In this document: positions 40,740 through 49,805 of the stretch, piece after piece
How the letters are laid out: every line of letters starts with the position of its first letter
How positions within the stretch are numbered: position 1 is the stretch's first letter
Assembly: GCA_965223795.1 (NCBI GenBank)
Contig: CBDCXL010000002.1
Coordinates: forward strand, 2,336,001-2,400,000
Direction: 5' to 3'
DNA: 64,000 bases
Source: Nitrospinales bacterium
Lineage (GTDB): Bacteria > Nitrospinota > Nitrospinia > Nitrospinales > VA-1
Notes under the pieces: generated by a model
Seen by the model: only the letters and a program-made list of their open reading frames with translations
What the model was told of the DNA's origin: nothing
The model's database searches: none
Program-made: the position numbers and the translations under genes

Positions 40740-42155
40740 TCACCACCCTTTTTCGACCGTTGTTACCGTGATATCGCTTCCCGTCCCGGCATGGCTGTGG
40801 AACAGGGCCTTTTTTACATCCGGCACCTGCACTTCTGCGTGACCGTATTTTTCCTCAATCATCCCCCGCATCTGCCACAACACATCCACCGCCTGAGTGT
40901 TTCCGGTGGCTCCGACGCCGTGCATCTGACCGATGAGGCCGCCGGAGGGATTGACATACACGCCGTTTTCGCCGCCGATTTTGGGATTGACCGGAACCCT
41001 TCCCCTTTCATCCAGTGGCAGAATATTGAACAGGGATGCCGCCTTGCCGTACGGAACCATGCCCAGATCCTCCATGGTCTGAACGACACTGATGACGAAG
41101 GCATCGTGGATTTCGATGAGGTCGAAATGGTGCAGGGGATTTTCGGTGATGCCCGCCATCTCAAACGCTTTTTTGGCAGCCCATCTGCCGGCCCGAAACG
41201 AGTGCAGTCCGGGATATTCCAGCTTTTCATAATAAGCAACCAAATCGGGATCGGTCTTCTCGTGCGGCATGAGAAGTTCCTCCTGCACGAGGCCGCCGAT
41301 GGTCCGCGGCCGCTCGCCCGTTCGCATGCAGTCGGTGCCGTTGCCGATGCCGGTCACAACCACCGGCTGGTCGGTGAATTCTTTTGCCAGATCTTCCGAA
41401 GCCACGATGAGCGCGGAGGCTCCGTCCGTCATCAGGCAGCAATCCAGCCGGTACGAGGGCGTCGCTACGATACCGGATTTGGGGATATCGGAAACACCGA
41501 TGAAACCGCTGGTGGAGGGGGTCGCGTACGGGTTTTCGTGACTGGTTTGCGCGCGCCGGTTGTACTGGGCGTTGTTGCGCATGAGCACGGCGATCTTGTC
41601 GAACGCGTCGCGTATTTCTTCGGCAGACACCGTATTGCCGACAAACATGTCGATGTAGGCCTGGGCCATGGCTGCATAATACAGAGGATAAAATCCGCCC
41701 TGCGGAAGGTCGGTCACCGTGCAGGAGGCGTGCGCAATGAATTCATTGCCCTGAAATGTGTCCACCTCCGACATTTTTTCATACCCCACGGCGAGAACGA
41801 TGTCCTGCCTGCCGGAAGCGACTTTTTCGATGGCGGACTGCACCCCCAGGCCGCCGGTGCAGCCCCCTCCCACCACGCGGTAGGATTCGACGGGGTTCAA
41901 GCCGATGTAATCCCGCGTCAGCGCTTCGCCGAGCAACTGCCCGGCGAAATGATCGGCGAAATGGGTCACGATGACGCCCCCGCGCTCCCGCATCAATTTC
42001 CGGAAGTCCCGTGGCGCCAATCCCAGATCCGCCACCGCCTCTTTGGTGGCCTGCAGCACCATCTCATAGAACATCAGATCCGGATTGGCTTTGGCAAAAT
42101 GATCCACCTTCCCGCCTGCCAGCAGGACGACCTTTCGATTCAACGTTCCCGCCAT
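40740..42155 (-). CDS. Non-canonical (SCP2/archaeal-type) thiolase
   Basis: GGGCTGG, GYEKM, DCCLMTDGA, EIHDAF, EDLG, VNPSGGLIG..HGVGATG, HSHAGTG. Start at 42155 (TTG at 42179 is an alternative). Confidence 0.88.
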   Translation of the reverse strand: MAGTLNRKVVLLAGGKVDHFAKANPDLMFYEMVLQATKEAVADLGLAPRDFRKLMRERGGVIVTHFADHFAGQLLGEALTRDYIGLNPVESYRVVGGGCTGGLGVQSAIEKVASGRQDIVLAVGYEKMSEVDTFQGNEFIAHASCTVTDLPQGGFYPLYYAAMAQAYIDMFVGNTVSAEEIRDAFDKIAVLMRNNAQYNRRAQTSHENPYATPSTSGFIGVSDIPKSGIVATPSYRLDCCLMTDGASALIVASEDLAKEFTDQPVVVTGIGNGTDCMRTGERPRTIGGLVQEELLMPHEKTDPDLVAYYEKLEYPGLHSFRAGRWAAKKAFEMAGITENPLHHFDLIEIHDAFVISVVQTMEDLGMVPYGKAASLFNILPLDERGRVPVNPKIGGENGVYVNPSGGLIGQMHGVGATGNTQAVDVLWQMRGMIEEKYGHAEVQVPDVKKALFHSHAGTGSDITVTTVEKGW

Positions 42156-43538
42156 CAATGCCTCCCAATCCCAGCCCAAAACGGTTCAAAAACCGCACGA
42201 ACCCGTCGCTGAAAACATTATAATGATCATACTTTCAACAATATAGGCTATGCCGGGAGCTTTGCCACCTTTTTTCACAGATTGAGGCTCCCTCACTATC
42301 CGGTATTAAAATTATATGGGCCGGGCAACAGGACCGGTCCCACTAGCCCCTTTCCGGAAAAAAGGCGATTGAGAGCGCCTAAGCGACCGGTTTTTGCGAA
42401 TTGGGGCCAAAAAGCGGAAGGCTCCAGATACAGGGGTTAAGTGAAATCACAAGTTGGTTTTTCCCATTTCATTTTATTGACGCGTTCAATTTTTGCTCAT
42501 GGCGGAAACCTGAGCCGTCATGAATAGAATCCATTGTAATCGTTCTGGCCGAGAGGCCCGCATTTTTTATGGCCGCACGAAAAGAATCGACGTCCCTGCT
42601 GCTTGATGCCTCCAACCGGGGGTACCGCCTTTAAAGTTAAGCAAAGACAAGCATTTCTGTTTGGACGACGGCTTCTCTCAGGCTGGAGGAGTGGAATTGA
42701 AGAGCCAACCTATTCATTTGTGAAATGTGTTTCGGGAATACCCGGCATTGGATTCAAGATACAAGAAGGGGCACTGACAAACGTTCCGCGATCACCCATT
42801 CTTCTGATTGCCAATTAGAAAAAGGTCGGAACCATTTTCATTACGAACAAGAACACTATCAAAAATAAGAATATTCCAACCAAGCAAATTTTGACCTGTT
42901 GCTGAGGCCAACCCAACCGTTGTCCTCTATTTTGATGACCCGACTTTCTGCGCGAGCTGATTCCCTTAAAAAGGAATACGGTCATCCTGCGGGGATGACC
43001 TGCCCTCCAAAAAACTGCTCGAGATGTTGCATTAGGATTTGGGCCTGAATTAAATAAAAGGAAAACGGTTCTGGATGGATCGGAGGTTCAGCTCAGGTGG
43101 GGGAAAAGCAATACTTCGGTAACCATACCAATTTAAATATAAAATAATTATTTTCGATCCTCAGAAAGGTAAGGAGTCTTTTGGAAGTTCAATTTTTGAG
43201 ATACCCTCCCCCCTATCCAGATTTTCGAGAATATTTGGTATGTAAATGATAAAAATTAACAAGGTACTTGGGAGTATATCAACAGATTATTTTCATGGAT
43301 CTATATGAGTTTCCCTTATGTCCAATGGTCCAGAAATGGTCCACGAGGCTTTGACGGGGAACATGCCACACACGCATTTTGGGTTAACTGATTGAATGCA
43401 TGCGCTATAAAATCTTTTTGAGGGCAGTTCAAATTGGTGAAAATCAGACATTTCCTATTGTTTTCAGCATTTTGGATAATAAATAATAAGAGATGATGCC
43501 TAAAGTTTCAGATAAAAATTGTCCTGAATTTTATAGCC

Positions 43539-45095
43539 ATGCAAATTAAATTGAATTCCTATTGGGGGCACGCTCTTTTAATTCTTGTCCTGGCGGCAAC
43601 GTTTTTTTATCTGGACCTACTCCTTCCTCTGGGTTTCGCCGCAGGCATTCCTTATGTTTTGCTCGTTTTAATCGGTTTGTGGGCGGAATCACGCCGGCTT
43701 ATTATTTTTAACTCCTTACTTGGAACTGTATTGACGATTCTGGGAGCTTTTTATTCCCCGGTTTACCCGGATCTGATCCCTGCCGTTTTTAATCGGCTGA
43801 TTTCCATTGGAACACTCTGGCTCGTCACCTATTTTTGTCTGATGAGCCTGAAATGGTCCGAGGAGAAGTATCGCGGCGACCTTTTGGAACAGGCGAATCG
43901 ACGTCTTAAGGAGGAGTCTGGTTATGTTCAACTGCATCTCGAAATCGCTTCGATCGTAAATTTGTCCCGTTGTCTGGATGAAGCGATCACATGTAGTTTG
44001 CAAAAAATCTGTGAATTCACGAAATGGCCTGTGGGCCATCTTTATTTGATTTCGGAAGATAGGCAAACTCTGAAACCATCGGGACTTTGGTATCTGAAAA
44101 ATAAAAAAAGATTTAGAGACTTCTGGAATATCACAGGAAAATGCAATCTGGGATTGGGAGAAGGGCTCCCGGGGCGCGTGATCGCAAAAGGAAAGGCTCA
44201 GTTCATCACGGATATAAAATCAGATCCAAACTTCCCCAGAGCCAGCATGGCAAAAGAAATCGAAGTGGCATCGGGTTTTGGATTTCCCGTCCTAATAGAG
44301 GACCGGCCTGTTGGGGTCATGGAATTTTATTCCTCGCAAACCATGAAACCCGCCATAAGAATGCTGGAGGTGATGGAAAGCATCGGCATACTTCTGGGAC
44401 GTGTTGTTGAACGAACTCAGGCTGATAAAAGTAAGCAAGAATACAGCAATCGTTTACGCCAATTGTACCACAAACTTGATTCTATCCGGGAAGAGGAAAG
44501 CAAACGAATTGCACGAGAAGTGCACGACAACCTGGGTCAGCTTCTCACATCGCTCAAATTAGAGGTTTCGCTTTTGGAAGAGAAGCTGACAGAGAAAAAA
44601 GTTGATGCGAGCGAAAATATCAAATTAATGTTCAATCTCATCGATAAAAATATCGAAGCTGTGAAAGAGATTTCGCAAGAATTGAGGCCGCCTATTTTGG
44701 ATACCTTGAGTTTTACGGAAGCCATCGACTGGCAGGGGAGAGTGTTTCAGGAGAAAACAGGAATTATATTTAATTTCTCTTTTTCTAAGCCCAAATTTAA
44801 TCTGGATTCAGCACGATCCACCACTCTTTTTCGAATATTCCAAGAGTGCCTGACTAATATATCTCGTCATTCCGAAGCCAGCAAAATCCAAGTTGACCTT
44901 ACCAATCAGGAAAATGCAGTATTCATGCGTGTGCGGGATAATGGAATCGGGTTGTCGGAGGAAAAGGTCAATAGCATCCATTCACTTGGTCTTTTAGGAA
45001 TGAAAGAGCGCGCTCAAATGTTGGGTGGAAACGTGGAAATTCAGGGCACTGAAGGTGTTGGGACCACGGTTTTCATTCAATTGAAATATAGGTGA
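43539..45095 (+). CDS. Membrane sensor histidine kinase (TM + GAF + HisKA_3 + HATPase)
   Basis: N-terminal TMs, GAF (GEGLPGRV...FPRA..A...GFGFPV), IAREVHDNLGQ.L, ELRP, FQECLTNI.RH, DNGIG, GLLGMKER. Confidence 0.93.
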   Translation: MQIKLNSYWGHALLILVLAATFFYLDLLLPLGFAAGIPYVLLVLIGLWAESRRLIIFNSLLGTVLTILGAFYSPVYPDLIPAVFNRLISIGTLWLVTYFCLMSLKWSEEKYRGDLLEQANRRLKEESGYVQLHLEIASIVNLSRCLDEAITCSLQKICEFTKWPVGHLYLISEDRQTLKPSGLWYLKNKKRFRDFWNITGKCNLGLGEGLPGRVIAKGKAQFITDIKSDPNFPRASMAKEIEVASGFGFPVLIEDRPVGVMEFYSSQTMKPAIRMLEVMESIGILLGRVVERTQADKSKQEYSNRLRQLYHKLDSIREEESKRIAREVHDNLGQLLTSLKLEVSLLEEKLTEKKVDASENIKLMFNLIDKNIEAVKEISQELRPPILDTLSFTEAIDWQGRVFQEKTGIIFNFSFSKPKFNLDSARSTTLFRIFQECLTNISRHSEASKIQVDLTNQENAVFMRVRDNGIGLSEEKVNSIHSLGLLGMKERAQMLGGNVEIQGTEGVGTTVFIQLKYR

Positions 45096-45102
45096 TAGGG
45101 GT

Positions 45103-45747
45103 ATGGGTAAACGTAGAGACTATATTCGAATATTAATAGCGGATGATCATCCTGTATTTCGAGAAGGTCTCCATCGCGCATTTTCGAAAAAGAAAGATCT
45201 GAAAGTGGTGGCCGAAGCGATCAACGGTCGGGAGCTTATGGACAAGGTCCAACAAACCGAGGTCGATGTTGTCATTCTGGATATTACTATGAATGGCGAA
45301 TGGAGTTTGGACTATATGAAGCAATTGAAAAATATGTTTCCAGAATTACCGGTGATCGTGTTGAGCGTGTACCCCGAAGAACATTTTGCTCTGCGCTATA
45401 TCAAAGCAGGAGCCTCCGGTTACGTCACGAAAGAAATTCCTCTGGATACATTGATTCAGGCAGTGCGCAAGGTTGCTGCGGGAGGAAATTATTTGAATGC
45501 GGAATTTATGGAAAAAGTGACTTTCAAAAATAAAGGCATTGATAAAAACCCACATGAATTACTTTCCGATCGGGAGTTTGAAGTTTTTCGTCTCATTGTA
45601 ACTGGAAACTCTCTCACTGCCATTGGTGAAAAATTATTTGTGAGTGTTAAAACAGTCAGCGCACATCGCAGTCATATTCTTCAAAAAATGAAAATGGAAT
45701 CCAATGCCGAGCTGATTCAATATGCGATCTTGAATCAGCTGGTATAG
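45103..45747 (+). CDS. NarL/UvrY-family response regulator (REC + LuxR HTH)
   Basis: IADDH, ILDI, GASGYVTK, LSDREFEV...SVKTVSAHR. Confidence 0.95.
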   Translation: MGKRRDYIRILIADDHPVFREGLHRAFSKKKDLKVVAEAINGRELMDKVQQTEVDVVILDITMNGEWSLDYMKQLKNMFPELPVIVLSVYPEEHFALRYIKAGASGYVTKEIPLDTLIQAVRKVAAGGNYLNAEFMEKVTFKNKGIDKNPHELLSDREFEVFRLIVTGNSLTAIGEKLFVSVKTVSAHRSHILQKMKMESNAELIQYAILNQLV

Positions 45748-46255
45748 GATTTCATTACCCCGCCTCCCTCCTGTTTTTCGTAAGCCGCCCACAATAAATA
45801 TTTGATATTGCATGCTTTATGGATTTGTTTGGGGGCTTTCTTAACCTGTAATAAGAAAAATTCCACCACAAAAAGCAGCCTTATCTCATTTGGGAATAAA
45901 GGTCTGCTGATTCCTCCCTTTTGCACAGTTCACTACACTCCATCCAAGGCTGGAAAAGCAATATTTTTTTTGATGTTTTCCCAGCAGTTCTAGAGAACAC
46001 CAAAAAGTTTAACTGGATTTTCCAAAGCTCAATCAGAGTTCGGGACTTGCCCTCCCTTCCCCGCCTGGTGGCGGGGACTCTGATTGAGCTTTGGAACAGT
46101 TCGATATCTTCTAACTTTCCGTTTGTTTTTCAGGCCTGGTGAAAGGAGGTGGATTAAATCAGGTTCATTGTCATGCTTATGTGGCGGTTGGACAGATATG
46201 CCAAATTGAGCAAAATCTTACTTCCAGCTATTTGGATAAAAAGAGGGAGATCATC

Positions 46256-49200
46256 ATGAGGTTAAACAGAAGGAAATTCTTGCAGATGAGCGCTGGTGTG
46301 GCGACAGCTATGGCCCTTTCCAGCAAGAAAGCAGGAGCTCAGCTAAAGCCCGTAGTGAAGGTAGGAAACCCGTTGGAATCCTATCCCGACCGGCGTTGGG
46401 AGGAAGTGTACCGCGATCAGTACAAGTATGAGCGGTCTTTCACCTACTGCTGTTCGCCCAACGACACCCATCAGTGCCGCGTTCGCGGATTCGTTCGTAA
46501 CGGCATCCTGATGCGTATCGAGCAGAACTACGATCATCACAAAATCCGCGATCTTTACGGCAACCAGGCCGACGCAGCGTGGAACCCGCGCATGTGTCTG
46601 CGTGGCATGACCTTTCCGCGACGGGTCTACGGACCTTATCGGAACAAGTATCCGATGATCCGCGTCGGCTGGAAACAGTGGGCGGACGACGGTTTTCCGT
46701 ATTTGGACAAAGCAAACCGCGAAAAATATAAGTTCACCAGCCGGGGCACGGACGAGTTCGTCCGTATGACCTGGGATCAGACCTTCACCTATCTGGCGAA
46801 AGGCCACGTGGCCGTTGCAAAAGCATACAGCGGCGCCCGCGGTGCCCAGCGCCTGAAGAACGAAGGTTATCAGCCTGAAATGATCGAAGCGATGGGCGGT
46901 TCCGGCCCGCGTACTTTCAAGTACCGCGGCGGTATGGGTATGGCAGGAGTCATCGGCAAATATGGGCTGTACAGAGTGTCCAATATGATGGGTCTGATGG
47001 ACGCGATCGTTCGGGGCCGGGGACCGGGGAAGGTATTGGGCGGCCGCGCATGGTCGAACTACACCTGGCACGGCGACCAGGCGCCGGGGCATTCCTGGAC
47101 GCACGGAATGCAGACCTCCGACATCGACTTCGCTGATCACCGGTATGCGAAGCTGACGATTCAGTGGGGTAAGAACCTGATCGAGAACAAGATGCCGGAA
47201 GCCCACTGGTACACGGAGATCATGGAACGCGGCGGCACTTTGGTCACGGTTTCTCCGGAGTACAACCCGCCGGCAACCAAGGCGGACTACTGGATTCCGG
47301 TGCGTGCGGGTCTTTCTGATATTTGCGTGTTCCTAGGCTGTGCGAAGATCATCATGGAAGAAGGTCTGGTCGATGTGGACTACGTTAAGGAGTACACCGA
47401 CATGCCGCTTCTGGTGCGAACGGACAACCTGATCCGTCTGCATCCGGACGATTTCATCCCCGGCTACAAGGCTCAGGCCCTGCCGAAGGATGGCTTCTCG
47501 ACAAAGTGGATGAAGAACTTCAACCGTGACAAGATGCCCGATTTCGTCGTGTGGGATACCAACTCGGACAAACCGGTTGCGATCAACCGCGAAGACATCG
47601 GCGCGAAGATGAAGAAGAAAAACATCGATCCTGCACTGGACGGTGTTTATGACATCAAGCTCGTGAGCGGCAAGACGATCACCGTCATGCCTCTGTACGA
47701 GATGTACAAAGTACATCTGAAAGACTACGATCTGGATACCGTCAATCAGATCAGTCACGCCCCGCGTGATCTCGTGCTTCGTGTTGCCCGCGACATCGGC
47801 ACCATCAAGCCGGTTGAGATCCACTACGGGGAAGGCATCAACCATTACTTCCACGCCACGATGCACAACCGGGCCTCATTTGTGCCCCTGATGCTGACCG
47901 GTAACGTAGGCCCGAAAGGCTCCGGTGCCCATACATGGTCCGGCAACTACAAAGCCGGCAACTACCAGGGTTCCCACTGGTCAGGACCTGGTTTCGCCGC
48001 ACTGGTCGCGGAAGATCCTTTCAATCCAGTTCTTGACGTTTCCAAGAACATCGACTGGAAGAACGTCAAGGGTTACCTGAAGGGTGAGGAAGTCGGATAC
48101 TGGGCGCACCGCGATAAAGCGCTGGTCGTCAATACCCCGCGGTATGGACGGAAAGTGTTCACCGGCCGCACCCATATGCCGACGCCTACAAAGTTGATGT
48201 GGTTCGTTAACGTCAACGTCATCAACAACGCGAAGTGGTTCTACGAGCTGGTGTTCAACACCAACAACAGCATAGACATGATCGTGGCTCAGGACATCGA
48301 GTTTAGCGGATCCTGCGAGTACTCGGACATCGTTTTGGCGCCGAACTCCTGGGCGGAATTCGAGTCTTACGAGATCACATCTTCGTGTTCGAACCCGTTC
48401 CATCAGATCTGGGGCGGCACCGGCATCAAGCCGATCTTCGACACAATGGACGACAACCTGATCCATCGGGAATTTGCGAGGAGGCTTTCAGAGGTTACCG
48501 GTGACAAACGCTTTGCAGATTACATGAAGGTGTATGAAGGCGAAGCGCCCAACCGGACGAAAGCCATGATTCGGCGTTTGTTTACCACATCAACAACCGG
48601 TATGGGTTACAACATCGACGACATCATCAACGGCAAGTACGGTGAGCCCGGATGTTGCCTGATGCTGTACCGGACCTATCCGCGGTCTCCGTTCTGGGAG
48701 ATGTTTTCGGAATCGAAGCCTTTCTACACTCCGAACGGCCGTATCCAGTTCTACAATGACGAACCGGAAGCGATCGAGTGGGGCGAAAACTTCATCGTCC
48801 ATCGTGAAGGACCTGAAGCGACGCCTTATCTGCCGAACGTGATCGTGTCCACCAACCCCTACATCCGGCCGGACGACTACGGCATTCCGGAAGACGAGCA
48901 GGATCCGGATCTGCGCCACGTCCGTAACATCAAGAAGCCCTGGTCCGCAGTGCGTACGACCAAGAACTTCTTGTGGGAGAAGGGATACCGGTTTTACTGC
49001 GTCACTCCGAAATCCAGACACACCGCGCATTCTTCCTGGGCCACCACGGACTGGAATATGATCTGGAACAACAACTTCGGCGATCCTTACCGCATGGATA
49101 AGCGGGCGCCGGGTGTTGGTGAGTGGCAGGTGCACATGAACCCGTTCCTGTGTAAAGACCTGGGTATCAACGACGGTGACTATGTATACTGCGACGCGAA

Positions 49201-49717
49201 TCCCGCTGACCGGCCGTACATGGGTTGGAAACCGTCGGATCCGAGGTACAAAGTGGCACGGCTCATGCTGCGGGCGAAGTACAACCCGGCATATCCGTAC
49301 CACACCACCATGATGAAGCATTCCTGCTGGGCATCTACGGAGAGATCCGTCAAGGCCCATGAAGAACGCCCCGACGGCCGCGCCATGTCGATGACCACTC
49401 CGTATCAGGCTAATTTTCGATATGGCAGCCAGCAGTCCATCACGCGGTCCTGGTTGATGCCCATGCATCAGACGGACAGTCTGTTCCATAAGGCCAAGTC
49501 GAAGATGAAGTTCATGCATGGCTACGAAGCGGATAACCACGCGATCAACGCAACTCCGAAAGAGACGCTGGTTAAGTTCTCCAAGGCCGAGGATGGTGGT
49601 CTCCATGGTAAAGGACTGTGGGAGCCCGTGCGAACGGGTTACACCCCGGAGTCACCGTTGAAAGACCGATTCGCGGAAATGTACCTTGCAGGTCAGTACG
49701 TCCGCGTGAAGATTTAA
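46256..49717 (+). CDS. nxrA: Nitrite oxidoreductase alpha subunit (periplasmic type, Mo-bisPGD)
   Basis: Tat signal MRLNRRKFLQ, FS0 motif C-SPN-D-THQ-C...PRMC, NYTWHGDQ and TPKSRHTAHS, typical of Nitrospira/Nitrospina/anammox NxrA. SD GAGGGAG before the ATG at 46256. Confidence 0.96.
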   Translation: MRLNRRKFLQMSAGVATAMALSSKKAGAQLKPVVKVGNPLESYPDRRWEEVYRDQYKYERSFTYCCSPNDTHQCRVRGFVRNGILMRIEQNYDHHKIRDLYGNQADAAWNPRMCLRGMTFPRRVYGPYRNKYPMIRVGWKQWADDGFPYLDKANREKYKFTSRGTDEFVRMTWDQTFTYLAKGHVAVAKAYSGARGAQRLKNEGYQPEMIEAMGGSGPRTFKYRGGMGMAGVIGKYGLYRVSNMMGLMDAIVRGRGPGKVLGGRAWSNYTWHGDQAPGHSWTHGMQTSDIDFADHRYAKLTIQWGKNLIENKMPEAHWYTEIMERGGTLVTVSPEYNPPATKADYWIPVRAGLSDICVFLGCAKIIMEEGLVDVDYVKEYTDMPLLVRTDNLIRLHPDDFIPGYKAQALPKDGFSTKWMKNFNRDKMPDFVVWDTNSDKPVAINREDIGAKMKKKNIDPALDGVYDIKLVSGKTITVMPLYEMYKVHLKDYDLDTVNQISHAPRDLVLRVARDIGTIKPVEIHYGEGINHYFHATMHNRASFVPLMLTGNVGPKGSGAHTWSGNYKAGNYQGSHWSGPGFAALVAEDPFNPVLDVSKNIDWKNVKGYLKGEEVGYWAHRDKALVVNTPRYGRKVFTGRTHMPTPTKLMWFVNVNVINNAKWFYELVFNTNNSIDMIVAQDIEFSGSCEYSDIVLAPNSWAEFESYEITSSCSNPFHQIWGGTGIKPIFDTMDDNLIHREFARRLSEVTGDKRFADYMKVYEGEAPNRTKAMIRRLFTTSTTGMGYNIDDIINGKYGEPGCCLMLYRTYPRSPFWEMFSESKPFYTPNGRIQFYNDEPEAIEWGENFIVHREGPEATPYLPNVIVSTNPYIRPDDYGIPEDEQDPDLRHVRNIKKPWSAVRTTKNFLWEKGYRFYCVTPKSRHTAHSSWATTDWNMIWNNNFGDPYRMDKRAPGVGEWQVHMNPFLCKDLGINDGDYVYCDANPADRPYMGWKPSDPRYKVARLMLRAKYNPAYPYHTTMMKHSCWASTERSVKAHEERPDGRAMSMTTPYQANFRYGSQQSITRSWLMPMHQTDSLFHKAKSKMKFMHGYEADNHAINATPKETLVKFSKAEDGGLHGKGLWEPVRTGYTPESPLKDRFAEMYLAGQYVRVKI

Positions 49718-49805
49718 ATCTGGTGTTGGCGGGCTTCCCTTGTGGGGAGCCCGCCGCATCCGGTATTTAACGGAACTACACACAGCAAGCTAAGGAGGTA
49801 CGATA

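Larger units (their letters stand above)
20161..46000. mobile_element. Candidate genomic island at the tRNA-Lys 3' end (right boundary uncertain)
   Basis: Abrupt shift to AT-richer sequence right after the tRNA, IS debris and accessory catabolic genes. No integrase or attR seen. Confidence 0.55.

Noticed and set aside
40701..42212. 503-aa + strand ORF
   Set aside because: Antisense to the thiolase, with no recognisable motifs.
42200..43500. 1.3-kb gene-free AT-rich stretch as a CRISPR array or ncRNA
   Set aside because: No regularly spaced repeats and no cas genes; only the short att- and IS-like motifs reported above.
46014..46028. GG-N10-GC upstream of nxrA as a sigma-54 promoter
   Set aside because: TGGATTTTCCAAAGC lacks the TGGCA and TTGC context seen in the four convincing promoters, and it is part of the inverted repeat.
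46139..46255. 39-aa N-terminal extension of NxrA in the ORF track (similar extensions for hisF, prx, prpD and BON-mscS)
   Set aside because: Family N-termini, the Tat motif position and SD sequences support the downstream ATGs.
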